Source: Takakia lepidozioides
Taxonomy: Eukaryota; Plantae; Bryophyta
Assembly: GCA_030704615.1 (NCBI GenBank)
Contig: CM060731.1
Coordinates: 67,394,001 to 67,458,000, forward strand
Length of the DNA stretch: 64,000 nucleotides
Reading direction: 5' to 3'
Below the pieces are notes generated by a model. It searched no databases. It saw only the letters and a list, made by a program, of their open reading frames with translations, and had not been told where the DNA came from. The translations under genes and the position numbers were made by a program. Of the stretch, positions 22,827 to 36,700 are shown piece after piece (positions within the stretch are counted from its first letter, which is position 1; each line of letters begins with the position of its first letter).

Positions 22827-25800
22827 GTGCCACTAGTTGCTGAGGAGAGTGCCGGTACGAGCACTAGCGATACTAGTGGGTATACAAGACGAGGTGTGCG
22901 GTTTAGGCTACCTTCACCTTCAGTGTCTTCTGAGGAAGGTTCAGACTCAGAGTTAGGAGGATTCTCGCCAAAGGTGCAAGCCATTTCCGTGCCATTGTTG
23001 TGGGATACGATGGAGGAAATGTATGGAGCTACCAAGGGGCCACGTCAGTACTCTGGAGCTGTGGGCACCATCGAGCTTGATGATTTCATATAGGACTTTG
23101 ATAGTTGGTGTGATTTGCAGCAACTGCATAATCCACAACTGTTTACGCCTTTTATGGCATGGAAGGGGCTGTTTCAGCACCTTGAGGGGCCGCCCATGGA
23201 TGACTATCATGAGTTTAGGCGGGGACATGAGGTGGAGATTGAGGAATGGTGGGTGTATTGGTCACCTTACTATGTTTCCATCATTAGAGGCACAAGGGCA
23301 GTGGTGACACCGGCAGCTACACTGACAGCTTCTGCAAGCAGCAGTGGGATGTCAAGTGGAACAGGAGCTGGGAAGTCCACCCGAGCTCCTGCTGCAGCAC
23401 CAACATCCGTGCCTGCCTTTAACCCAGTTGTGGAGTTCTTCGAGGAGTTAAGGAGAAACTACCAGGGGATAAGGACGGAGAAATTGCGGAGCTTACAAGA
23501 GTTCCAACAAAAGCCTACTTAGAGTTTGAGAGGAGCTTACACGCACATGAGGCGATTGATAAATGTAACCAAAGGGGTTACGGAAGCTCAAGCAGTCCAA
23601 TTCTGGTATGGGATATTGGACAAGGAGCTGAGGAGAAGGGTGCGGGATGCAACTCTCCTATAAGTGGCCCAACCCACCTTAGCAAACGTGTTTTTGCTGG
23701 CAGAGCGGATAGAGCTCAATATGGTGGAGGAGCGAGTAGTCATGGTAGGGTTTGATAAGGAAACACAACAAAGTGGGGCTCCTAGCCAACAACAACCACT
23801 ACCCCAACCTGCTCAAGGCAACGGCATGAAGAGACCCTTTGTTATGACTTGCATCCTGAGCTACAGCCAGGCCAGTTCCAAGGGAACAATGGTGGCCGAG
23901 GACAAGGCAATGTATTCCAGAGAGGTAGAGGAGGCAGAGGTCGTGGTGGAGGTCGTAACCAAAACCAAGGAGCACAGGATCAGGGTCAAGGTCAAGGTCA
24001 AGACCAAGACCAAGGCATGGTGGATAGGCTTGTTACTAACACCTTGGGTTCATCACTTCAATCAGGAACATATTTGATAACCTTTTGTCATGCTCAGACC
24101 AAGGTGTTAGTATATAACAACGTCTTGCTACCATGGCCACTACTCATGTTGCGCCAGTTCCAAGACCTGAGGTTCAAGCCCCACCTGCACAACCTCATAT
24201 GCCTAGAGAAGACCAGATTGGTATGGGCTTCATGTGTGGAGCCGCACTTGCAGGACCATTGCATGTGGACTCTGTAGCTACTGTCACTTGAGCAGCAACG
24301 CGTGCTCCTGAGCCAAGAGGAGCGGATGTGGATTTTGATCCACAAATAGGGGAAGCAAGTTGGCAGACAAGGCTTCCACAGTCTTTCACATTGGCTGAGA
24401 CAGTGCCAACTATGCCATCGATGACACTCGCTCGCCCAAGTGTGTCAGAGGTAGAGCCACGAGTGCCATTGGGGAGAGTTGATATGGCTCGGGAAATGCC
24501 AGTGGGTGGTACTGCAAAGCAAGTTGCAGCCAGTACATTGTTGGGGGCGGCTATGGCAATTTGCCAAGCTCCATTGTTTTCTGTCACGACAATTGCAATG
24601 TCGGGGATGTGGCCAGCTGCAGTGTTTAGATTGGCAGCTGCACTCTGTGAAAGTGGTGATGCATCGGCACTATCTGCGGGGATAGCGGATCAGGTGCAGT
24701 GCATGGATGCCCTGGATTCAAAGGTGAAGATAGCCACAGCTGCGCCATGGCAAGCGGCAGCTGCAAGGTTGCAGGAGTTGTCAGCTAGACCAGCCATTGA
24801 GCGTAGTATGGTGACTCCTGGGGTAGTCCTGGTGGACAATCAGGATGGTGTGTTTCAGTTGGGTGGCCCAGCCGGGAGGAGGTATAGGCCACTGCGGGTC
24901 TTGTTGGACTCGGGAGCACAGCCATTGATGTTGGGGATAGCAACAATTGCAGGCTTGGGCCTTACAGCGGCGGATTTGGAGCCTTGCCCTTTCCAAATTC
25001 AAACATCTTTGGGCGGTTCAGAGAAGGCACTAGGGATTACACGCCATGAGCTCTTCATTCGATTGCAGCCAGATCATCCTACATATGGCTCTGTCATGAG
25101 AGCTAAAGCCATTGATACGGATGCGATGTCTTACGATGTGCTTGTTGGTGGGGCTGTGTTATACCCGATGGGCTTTACTTTGGACTTTTGGGAGGAAACA
25201 ACATCCTACAGGCCGGAATGGCAGTCAAGGGATGGTCGACGTGCACCGCTCCCAGTGCGGTTTATTGGGAATGTAGCGGTGGATCATAGGAACATGATGC
25301 CCACATTGGCTGCATTATCAGGGGTGGTGGCTTGGGGTGGTGAACTCTTGGAGGGCAATAGCCATGCAGATGATAGGCCACCACCTGATGAAGACAAACA
25401 ATTGGCATACAAGGCTGATTTGCTTCCTCATGTGCCTATTCATACTCCCCTGTGGAGTACAGTTGGGAATTCGCATCGAATAGCAGGCGAGTGTGTGCAC
25501 CAAGCATGGCAGGAGGCATATCCATTGGTGAGTGAGGGGAGTTCAGTGACATCACCTAGACCTCCTCAATTAGCTCCTTTGGACACAGTGCCCATTACCT
25601 GGCAACCACTTGACTCGGGGATTTGTTTGCTAGACCTGTTTGGAGGCATGAGCACTGGGCTTGCGGGAATGTTGCAAGTAGGGATTAAAGTACGTAAGTA
25701 CTTGTATGTGGAGAAGGATGAGATAACTCGGCGTATTTCTATGTGCCACATCGCCTTGATCACACACCAGTATCCTGAGTTGTTGCCTCTCTCAGCAATT

Positions 25801-27177
25801 CAAGGGTATCAAAAGGCCTTGCCAGCAGACATTACCTTGCTGGGGGCGGATGATATGGACCGGCATGGTACCATTGACTTGGTGATAGCTGGATGGCCTT
25901 GCCAAGGACACTCTCCCGCAGATCATGGGAATGGCTTGCATGATGCACGATCGCATTTGTTTTGGGAGATGTTGAGAGTGTTGCGTGACTTGCAGACGAG
26001 ACAAATGCAACCTCTAGCCTATATCTTTGGAGAATGTTCCTCTTATGGGGGATTCTCGGGCACGGATGATGGCCAGTGTGCGTCAGGTGCGGTCTTGGAT
26101 TGGATCGGCGGTGCTATTGGATGCAGCAGCGGTGGGATTACGGGCACATAGGCCTAGGTTGTGGTGGACCAATCTTGCACCGCCGGAGTTGCTCAAGAGA
26201 GCATAAAATTCCATTCAGCGACCACCCAATCTCACGGTTGAGGGCATTTTGGACCAAGGGAGGCAACCACAAAGGGTGCGACATGATGACCATCCACCTT
26301 TGGCGATGGTCAATTAAGTGGGGCAGCCACGTACGGCCTTGCCTAAGCTTTCCCTCGTCTCATGCTTTTCGAGACAATGGTCCTGGGTTGATTTGGGACA
26401 GTGTGCTACAGCAATTGGTGGAGCCTAATGCGGATGAGTGCGAGCGGGCAATGGGGTTTGCCACGGGCACTACAGCTGTGCCAGCTCTGTCAGAGGCATC
26501 ACGACGCCAGGTGTTGGGTCAGGCAATGGATCTCAATTGCTTGACATGGGTCATTGGCTTGTGCATGGCTGAGCAATGGAGATTGCAAGCATTGGTGGCT
26601 ATTTCTGCACTTCCATTGGATATTGCACCATCTCTGCCAACCGGGACGGTGGAGGTAGTGAGTGGGGGCGAGCACAGGATCATGGGGTGCAAACACCCAT
26701 GACAGATGTGGGATGAGATGCGCAAAGAGAGAGTCATTGGATCTCTCAAGCAGTAGTATGAGGAGTGGGGAGAGCCATACACTGAGGATCAGTTGGAGGC
26801 CAAGGTAGCTAAGGTTTTTGAAGAGGTTGAGAATGTTTCTTACTTAGAGGATGTTCCCAAGGTGGCTATGGCGGAGCAAGTAGAGGCTACGCAACAGTCA
26901 GGGTGGGTGGATAAGGCCCAAGAGGTTGTTATCTAGCAACCAAAGGATGCATCTCCTACCTCCAAGCCTGGTGCACCCAAGGTTGCAGTCACTGAGGACA
27001 ACTGGGAACCAGATGTTAGACCTACAGTCACCGGAGGAGAGAGACGGAGGATCCAGCGATTTCTAAAGGCTTATAGAAATTGCTTTGCCTTCGGTTTGAA
27101 GGATTTGGGGAGTTTGAAGGGCCAGGAGATTCGTATTGATTTGGCAAGTGACACGCCAATTTTTTTAAGGCCCTACC
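22827..27177 (+). pseudogene. Family X copy 2: gag, protease, DNMT3-like methyltransferase (about 25618-26545) and the very start of RT
   Basis: ORF 24328-26151 carries RVLLDSGA, LLDLFGGMSTG and IDLVIAGWPCQG in a single frame. A +1 frameshift sits at the YILENVP motif; then AHRPRLWWTNL, ECERAMGF, RRQVLGQAMD. Confidence 0.9.
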
Positions 27178-30100
27178 TGTCATGGACATAGCCCAGAGGA
27201 ATTTATCAGGAGTAAATACCAGAAGTTATCAAGTTACCATGTTACCAAAAATTACCATGATTTATCTTGATTTACCATGATCTATCATGATTTACCATTA
27301 CAGACCAAGTTACCGGGAGTTTACCAAATTACCAAAAGTAACTTGGGAAACTACTCAGGAAGCTTCATTTGAAGGAAACTTCTCCATCAAGATACCTCAT
27401 TTGCTTAAGGAAGCTTCTCCATCAAGAAACCTTTGTTTAATCTTGGAAACTTCTCCAGCAAGCAATCTCCATAGGGGAAGCTTCTTAGGGAAGCTTCTTA
27501 GTAGCCAGTATATATAGGAGGCGAGATTGGACACTCTTCAGTCTCGCCAACACCAGTTCAAGCTATTTTTGTTTCCAGATCCCAGTACTCCAGTCCAATT
27601 CCCAGTACCCTAGCCCAGTTTCCAGTATCTGGTACTTCAGTCCAGTTTCCAGCATTCCAGTATTCAAGTCGTGTTCCAATATCTTGTACTCTTGTTCATT
27701 GTTATAAAGATCGTCTTGATTTCTATTTACTCATCGTGCATTCGGCCACGTCGACCTTGACTTCTTGTCTAGCCTTGTACCTCTAGTCTTATTTCTTGTT
27801 TGTGTTCAGTCATGTTCTCGTCCTTGACAGTTTGACGATACTGCAGTTTGTTCCTTAGTTAGTTAAGATGGAAGACACATTTGCAGAAGTGGTCGCCACA
27901 TTACAGAGTCTTCAGCTCCAGATGCAAGAACTTCGTGCCTCTACTGCCCAACTACAAGCTGATCAGTCTCAAGACCTTGGCAATGCTCTCAACAATTTGC
28001 AACAACAAATTTCAGAGTTAAAGGAGTCGAACAATGGATCTTCAACCTTACGAGTCCCTACTACAACAAATCGTACTGCAATGGTTTCTCTAAATCTTCA
28101 ACAGATTACAAGGGAACCAAAGGTCAGCATGCCTGATAAATTTGATGGGACGAGATCAAGATTTCGCGGTTTTGTTCAACAAGTATGATTGTTCCTACGA
28201 CTACATCCACAACGTTACTCTGATGAAGGTATTCAAGTGGGATTCGTAGGCACCCTTCTATTACGCACTGCCCTATCTTGGTTTGCACCGCTATTAGAGA
28301 AAAATTCACATTTACTATACAATTTTGAAGCGTTCATGTCCGAGTTCACTGCAACGTTTGGAGAGAATAATAGAGAGAGAGTTGCAGAGACAAAATGCGA
28401 AATCTTCGACAAGGAGCACGTCCAGCTTCCGTTTATGCTACCGAATTTCGACAATTTGCGTGCGACCTTGACTGGAATGAGAAGAGCCTCATTAGTCAGT
28501 TTCGATGTGGCCTAAAAGATAATGTTAAAGATTTGTTGCTGACAATGCCAAACGTGAGTACACTGAGCGAATTCATCACCCAAGTCAGAAAGACGTCAAG
28601 AGAAGCGATCTGGATGGTCGACGACGCACCATGCTGCTGCTACTACTACGGCACCAAATACAACGATCCATCAGACATCCGGTAATGATCCTATGCAGAT
28701 TGATGTTGTCCGATTCAAGCCATTGACACCACATGAAAAACAAAGACGGCGCTCGAATGGATTATGCCTTTATTGCGGAGAAAAGGATCACATGGCATTA
28801 AACTGCCCCAACAAGAGAAGATTCAAAGCTCGGGGCACCACTCAAGTGTTCGATACGAGGAGGTCGGAAAACGAAGATGTCCAGTCACAGTAGGGACCAT
28901 GCGGCTGGACACCCCAAATTCCTCACCAAAAAAAGGTCTATTTCTTCCTCCAGACCCTGTATCTTGTTTCACAGTTCCAGTAAAGATCAGGATGCAAAAT
29001 CGAGATATCTCCGTAGAAGCACTTTTGGACTCGGGCGCTTTAGCGTGTTTTATTGACAAACACTTTGCGAAGCAACACAATTTAACGCTCGTAAGAAAGA
29101 AATTCTCGGCCCCTGTTGAAGTTATCGATGGACGACAGTTAGCATCAGGAAATGTTGACCATGAAACTCGACCCCTTGAAGTGAAGCTTAAAAACCAAGC
29201 ATCACAGATTGTTTTCAATGTCATCCAGTCTCCAACGAATCCTGTGATCCTTGGACTTCCCTGGTTTGTACTTCATAATCCTGACATCGACTGGCAATCA
29301 CGAAAATTTTTGGCAAGACAAAAATGCAAAAGTACCAAAGGTATTCAATCCCTGTTTCTTGGAGCTAGAGCCTTCATGAGAGCTACCAAAAAGGAGACGA
29401 CATTTGCACTTTATGCGACTCCGATCAAGACCACAACAAACAAAGGTACTTCAACATTACCCGTTCAATATCAAGATTTCAAAGATGTCTTCGAGAAGAA
29501 AAATGCAAACATATTGCTAGAACATCGACCTTATGACTGTGCAATTGAGTTACAAGAAGGAGTCCAACCACCATTCGGCCCAATATAACTTATCCCAGAC
29601 GGAGTTGGTTGCATTACACGAATACATTGATGAAAATTTGTCAAAGCACTTCATCCGACATTCCAAATCACCCGCGGGGGCGCCTATCTTGTTTGTGAAA
29701 AAGAAGGACAGATCATTACGCATGTGTGTCAACTATCATGGTCTCAACAAAGTCACAATCAAGAATCGTTATCCATTGCCGCTGATTTCTGGGCTTCTCG
29801 ACCAGCTGGGACGAGCGAAGATTTTCACCAAAATCGACTTGAGAGGAGCTTATAACCTTGTACGGATAAAAGAAGGAGACGAATGAAAAACAACTTTTCG
29901 AACAAGGTATGGACATTTTGAATACAGTGTTATGTCTTTCGGTCTTACAAATGCTCCAGCAATTTTCCAACATATGATGAATGACATATTTCGAGAATTT
30001 TTAGATGACTTTGTAGTCATCTATTTGGACGACATTTTGATATTTTCACAGAACGAAGAAGAACATGGCCGCCATGTATATCTTGTCGTTGATAAATTAA

Positions 30101-30656
30101 GAGAAAGAGGACTATATGCCAAGTTGGAGAAATGTCTTTTCCATCAATTTGAGGTCAAATTTCTGGGCTACAATATTTCCGACAAAGGCGTCTTTATGGA
30201 TCAGAAGAAAATACAAACCATCATCGAGTGGATTAAACCAACTTCGGTCCGAGAATGTTTTCTGGGTTTTGCAAATTTCTATAGAATCTTCATCAATGAC
30301 TACTCCAAAATTGCTGCACCATTGACACGACTCACATAGAAGGACAAATTTGTATGGGACGAGAAGGCTGACCAAGCATTTGAAAGGCTGAAGCAGGCAT
30401 TTACAACGGCTCCAATACTGGTACATGCAGACCCATCTAAACCATTCTTCTTAGAAGCAGATGCATCGGACTTTGCACTTGACGCGGTACTCTCACAATA
30501 CGGTACAGATGGCCGACTTCACCCTGTTGGTTTTCGTTCTCGCAAATTTTCCGCTACGGAGATCAATTATGAAATCCATGACAAAGAACTTCTAGCGATT
30601 ATTGATGTTTTTGAGGAGTGGCGTCATCTATTGGAGGGAGCTAAACATCAGGTCAC
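27178..30656 (+). mobile_element. 3'-truncated Tcn1/Tf1-like Ty3/gypsy element: 5' LTR 27178-27829, gag, PR, RT, RNase H (disrupted)
   Basis: LTR TGTCATGG...CTTGACA with TATATA at about 27509. Motifs PDKFDGTRSRFRGF, PMQID, CLYCGEKDHMALNC, ALLDSGA, YLDDILIFS, EADASD. Clade assignment is by motif resemblance only. Confidence 0.8.
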
Positions 30657-30795
30657 TGCGCCATGCCCATGAGGAGTTGGGACATTTTGGGGTGCGGCGC
30701 ACTCATAGTTTGCTGCAAGGACAATACTGGTGGCGGGGCATGCACACGGATGTACAACAATTAGTGGGAAGGTGCATGGTGTGTGATAGAGTGCG

Positions 30796-33700
30796 TGTCG
30801 CGGCCCTTTGCCTTGAGGGCAGAGGGTTGGGACACATGAGGGGCTGCCCTTGTGGTGGGGGCAGCGGCAGCGATAGGTATGGGGGGGCTGAAGCACCCTT
30901 GAGTGCCCAAGGCACTCAAGGAGGCGGAGGCGCTCACTAGGTGGAGCCTCGCACACCGGGTTGCGGGTGGGGGTCCACAAGGGGTGGTGGTAGCTTAGCG
31001 GGACTTAGTGGGCGTGGCATAGGACTCACCATGGGGGCGGAGACCTCATGGTGGGAATCGTGGGGAGTCTTGGGACTCATCACGGTCCATAGGGGCCGTG
31101 GTGAGTGGGCCAAGACTCACCGCGACTCATCACCGGGAGTCGAGGGTTTTCGTGGTGGTTCGCCATAAAATGGCATGGCTGGTTGTGAAACCCCCGCGGA
31201 CAGCTACAGAAGTATATATAAGGGGAGTAGTGACCCCAAGAACGGTGCAAGCCCGTTGGTGACCAAAAACTAGTGAGCAAGCGAGCGAGCCGGAAAGCGA
31301 CCAAAGAGTGGGGAGCTGTTCCGGACTGCCATCTACCAAAGGGAATTCCACTAGGCCCAAATAGGTGGAGGGTTTAGTGGGAGAGCGAAGGGGGACCGTT
31401 ATGTCCCGGTGAGTAGCCGAAGCTCCAAGTTGGCCCGGCGGCCAGGTTGGGAGTCAGGCGCGCGCATCAAAGCGAGTAATTATGACTTGAAGGGGAGCTT
31501 ACCAAAGTGAGGTGCGCGACACCTGGTATCAGAGCTTAGAGTTCAGTACGTGATTGTCCTTGGGATTGGCCTCATCATGGGGTCGGGCAAGCCAAAGCGA
31601 ATGCGGAACAGCCCAAAAGAAGATGATCCTGGTGAGCCCGACGTGTCACCGAGGCGGCCGTTTGAGGGAGCGATGCACGTTTCCGAAAACGAGGCCGCTC
31701 AAGAGCGGGAGGAATCCGTGAGAGCTCCGACCGACCAACAGATGTCTCCCATGCCAGCAGCCTTTTGGGAAGGGTTGTTGGCGCAGTTTGGCGGGACGCT
31801 GAAAGACGTGTTGAGGGCGGCTAATGCCACTTCCACTAAGGCAAAGTTTAAGGTGAAGCCTAAGGAACCCGGCACCTTCGAGGGCGTCCAAAATCGGAAG
31901 GCGCTCAACACCTGGCTCTTGGAGCTAGAGCAGTACTTCCGGGCGGCCAAGTTGAGTGACGAGGATCGGGTGGAAGTGGCTCCCACCTATTTGAGGGGCT
32001 ATGCTCAACAATGGTGGCAGAAACGCCTTCACGACCGAGGTCCAAGCTTGGAAACCTTGAACTGGAGTGGGTTCAAGGAATTGATGAAGAGACAATTTGT
32101 GCCCCTCAACGCATCCTGGCTTGCCCGGGACAAGATAAGGAATTTGAAGCAAATAGACGACATTCGGGGATATGTCCAGGCTTTCAATGTGCTTTTGCTC
32201 GAAGTCGCGAACATGGCAGAACCGGAAATGGTCTTCAACTTTGTGGCGGGACTGGCCCCATGGGCCAGGCGGAAGTTGGAGGAGAAGCCACCTAAGACTT
32301 TGAACGAGGCAATTGAGAGGGCTGAATGTTTCTCAGATGTCCCTAGGGGTGAAAGACAAGGCCGTACGGAGCTGAACCACAAGAAGACCCGGCGGGAAGG
32401 TGACTCCTTCCGACCGGAAAAGAAGTGGGATAGGCCACGCGGCGACAATGGCACGTGGAAATCGAAGGGAGGGCCATCACAAGTCAAGGCGGCACCCGGT
32501 GCTTCGAAAGGAAAAGCGGGTGGAGCGGCCTATGGCGGACAAAAGGCAACCTTTGATGGAGTGTATTTCAATTGTGGGGAGCCCGGGCACATGGCCAAGA
32601 AGTGCACGAAGCCCCGACAATTGAACATGACTCGGGCGACCACAGAGCTGTCGGAAGATACCATCAGTCGCTTGGTGGAAGCAGTGGTCGCCAGGACTTG
32701 CAAGGTAGGCAAATATTCTTGTGAGTTGTATCAGGAAACTGGCGCATTGCGTAGAGGGAGTCACTTATTGTTCGTGGATGGGATAATATCCGGAACTAAC
32801 GTGTCATTGTTGGTGGACACAGGAGCGTCGCACTCCTTCATGACACCGGCAACGGCACAAAAGTTGGGATTCCCGACAACTGACGTAGGGGCCTCTATTG
32901 AGGTGCGTTCTGCCAAAGGAGAACCGCAATTAGCGACGAGGTTGGCGTTCGATGTTCCTCTTCAACTGGGGAGTTGGGAGGGACGTGAGGACTTCACCGC
33001 CTGCGAGATCGATGGAGTGGATCTCATTTTGGGGATGACCTTTTTGAGCAAATCCGGAGCGGTCATAGATGGCCGCAAAAGAGTAGTCACGCTGCCATGT
33101 GGGAGTGGTGGCGAGGTCTTACGAGTGTCGGAAATGCCCAAACTCGTGGGAGGGCGAATAAACCTTATATCAGCAAGGGAGTGGGCCGTGGAGGAGGCAC
33201 ACGAGCCCCAGTTTTTGCTCTACATTAGAGAAGTGAAGGGAGAAGGCGATGGAGAGCCGAGCCCAGATTGGATCAAGGGGATTTTGGAGAAATACCATGA
33301 TGTGATGCCGGTGGATTTGCCAAGCGGCTTGCCACCGCGAAGAGGAGTTGACCACAAGATTGAGGTGATACCGGGATCGGAACCGCCTGCCAAGGCGCCC
33401 TACCGGTTGAGCCACAGAGAGTTGGTCGAGCTGAAGACTCAGCTCAAAGATCTAATGTCAAAGGGGTACATCCGGCCGAGTAAGTCACCTTACGGAGCCC
33501 CGGTGCTATTCGCAGACAAGAAGGATGGGACGCTGCGGATGTGTGTCGATTACAGGGCTTTGAATAAGGTGACTATCAAAAACCGGTATCCTTCGCCAAG
33601 GATTGACGACCTTTTCGATCGGTTGGCAGGAGCGAAGTATTTCAGCCGGATCGATCTGCGCTCCGGCTATCATCAAATTCGAGTGGCGGAAGGAGATGAG

Positions 33701-36700
33701 GAGAAGACCGCGTGCAGAACAAGGTATGGTTCATATGAGTTCTTGGTGGTGCCTTTTGGGCTCACCAATGCACCCGCGACCTTTAGCACGCTGATGAACA
33801 GCCTTTTCCAGGAATGGTTGGATGACTTTGTGATCGTGTACATCGACGACATCTTGGTGTATTCGAAAACAAAAGAGGAGCACCTGGAGCACCTCAAAAG
33901 GGTGTTCCAGAAATTGCGGGAAGGGAAGCTGTATGCCAAAGTTTCAAAGTGCGAATTCGGGGTCACAAAAGTGGAGTTCCTGGGGCATGTGATTACACAG
34001 GATGGGATCAAAATGGATGACAGAAAGGTGAGGGCGATCTTGGACTGGGAGCCTCCGACTTCGGTCCCGGGAGTGCGATCCTTCCTAGGACTCGCCTCCT
34101 ATTACCGGATGTGAGAAATTTCGCCAAGATCGCGGGGCCGTTGTCAGACCTTCTGTGTATATCCAAAGTCTGGGTATAGAACACCTTGTGTGGCCAAGCT
34201 TTTGCTGAATTGAAGCAGCGGATGGCGGAAGCTCCAGTCTTGAAAATCCCGGAGTTCGATCGTCCGTTCGAGATACATACAGATGCGTCGGACTTCGCGA
34301 TTGGGGGTGTTCTGATGCAAGATGGACGTCCAGTGGCTTACGAAAGTAAGAAACTGAATGAAGTGGAGCGACGGTGGCCGACGCACAAAAAAGAGATGAA
34401 GGCGGTGGTGCACTGTCTTGAGCTTTGGCGCCACTATGTTGGTTCCAACCCAGTGAAGGTGTTCACGGACAATGTCACGGTGAAGTATTTTGCCACGCAG
34501 CCCAAGTTGTCCCCAAAACAACTTAGGTGACAAGATACTTTGTTGGTGTTCGACGTGGATATCCAGTACAAACCGGGACGAGACAACGTGGTGGCCGATG
34601 CTTTAAGTAGGAAGCAGCAGCTCTTGTTGGTGTACAAGGGCGAGACGGATGGGGGTTAAATTGCAGTTCCACTTGCAAAATGGAGTGCTCTGGTATAAGC
34701 AAAAGCGTCTCTATGTGCCGAAGGGAGGGATCAGAGATAGCCTCTTGAGAGAATGCCATGATAGCCCACTTGCGGGCCACGGCGGAGCCAAGCGCACTGC
34801 GGCACTCTTGAAGAAAGAGTATTTCTGGCCCAAACTGAGGGAGGAGGCAGAGGAGTATGTCAAGACATGCACCACATGCCAACAAAACCGGAGCGAGTAC
34901 AAAAAGCAAGCGGGGCTGCTACAACCCTTGCCGATTCCAGAGGGGACTTGGGAAAGCGTCTCGATGGATTTCATGACTGCTATGCCGCTGTCAAAAGGAT
35001 TCGATGCAATCATGGTGGTGGTGGATAGGTTCAGTAAAATGGGCCATTTCATCCCCACCAAGGAGACGGCAACGGCGCAGGAGACATGGCGACTTTACTT
35101 CGCCCACGTCTTAAAGCATCATGGAGTCCCGAAGGATATTGTCTCGGACCGCGATCCAAAGTTTACGAGTAAATTTTGGAGGGCACTTTGGAAGAAGATG
35201 GGGACGAGGCTGAAGATGAGCACCGCCTTCCGACCTACGACCGACGGCCAAACAGAAAGAGTGAATTCCGTAGTGAAGCAGATCTTGCGGAATTACGTGT
35301 CGGCAGACCAAACAGACTGGGTGGAACACTTAGACGCGGCAGAGTTCTGTTATAATAACACAGAATACTCCGCAACAGGAGTTTCCCCTTTCGTATTGGT
35401 CTATGGAAAAGCACCTCTGGTGCCGACAAGTTGGGCCGCCCAGGACGTTGAGGAACCGGCAGTAGCGGCGGTACTGGAAGAACGCGAGCGTTTGTTGAAG
35501 CTCGCAAAGTACAACATTGCCAAAGCTAGGAAACGGTATGAAAGGCAGGCGAATTGAAAGCGGAGGGAAGTGAAGTTTGAGGCAGGCACAGAGGTCTGGT
35601 TGAACATCAAGAATTTCCGACTACCTCCGGAAGTGAGTCTGAAGTTCGTACCTCCGTATGCGGGACCCTTTCGCATTCGGAAGGTTATGAATGAGGATGT
35701 GTATGAATTGGAGCTGCTGGCAAACAGCAAGGTGCACCCAGTATTCCATGTCTCCCTTTTGAAGCCTTACTTCAAAGATGAAGCGTATCCAAATCGGCAT
35801 CAAGTGTTGCGTCCGCCACCTATGCTGTTGGATCATCAAAATGAACCTGAGTACGAGGTGGAGGCAATACTTAAGTCGAGGAGGTTCAGGAACCGAGAAA
35901 CGGAGTATCTCGTCAAATGGAAGGGCTATCATCATGTGGAGGCATCTTGGGTGCGTGCCTCAGAAATGGGAAACGCATCCGAGGCGGTTGCAGCTTTCGA
36001 AGGGCGACCTCAAAAGCGGAAGAAGCGTTGATGGGGACATCAACCTTGGAGCGTGGGAGAGGAAATGCATGCTTAGCCCGGCTTAGCTAGCTTAGGAATC
36101 CGATTGCGAAAACTTGTATTGTACAAAACGTGCTATAAATGAAATGGATTCCAAATGTTGTGCGTCCTATTTTGTTTGGAATGGTGATGCATGGTATGGT
36201 TGGCTAGTGTGTAGAATGCATGCTAGCTTATAAAAGTGGGAGAGGTAAATTGGGTTAATCGTGTGTTTGCGTAGTGCCGAAATCAGGTGACCCCCATCAA
36301 AGGGGCAAGGAAACTTGCGCCTTCTTTGGGAGTTCACGTGCTAGTGCGCATCTGGCGCGTGCGCGTTCTATAACTCCGCTACCGAGGGGGTTGCCTTGTA
36401 GTGCGGGCTAACGCGGAAGCTACGTGCTTCCGTTCACGTACTATAATCGTGTAGCCTCGGGATGAAGTCGTAGTGCGGCTTCGGCGTGTTCCCATACCTC
36501 AGGCGAGCATTCCAAGGCGGACCCAATTGTAGTGATTGGGGCGCACGGTTGGTTCAAGGTTATCTTCCTAGTCAAAGAGGGTTCCAGGGAACCCTTGCTC
36601 AAGGTGATGCCAAAAGCGGCATCATGAGCGGTCGCAAGCAATGTTGTTGTAGTAAGGCGATTCGATCCTCGGGGAGGATCGTTCCTTGGCCTTGAAGTAG

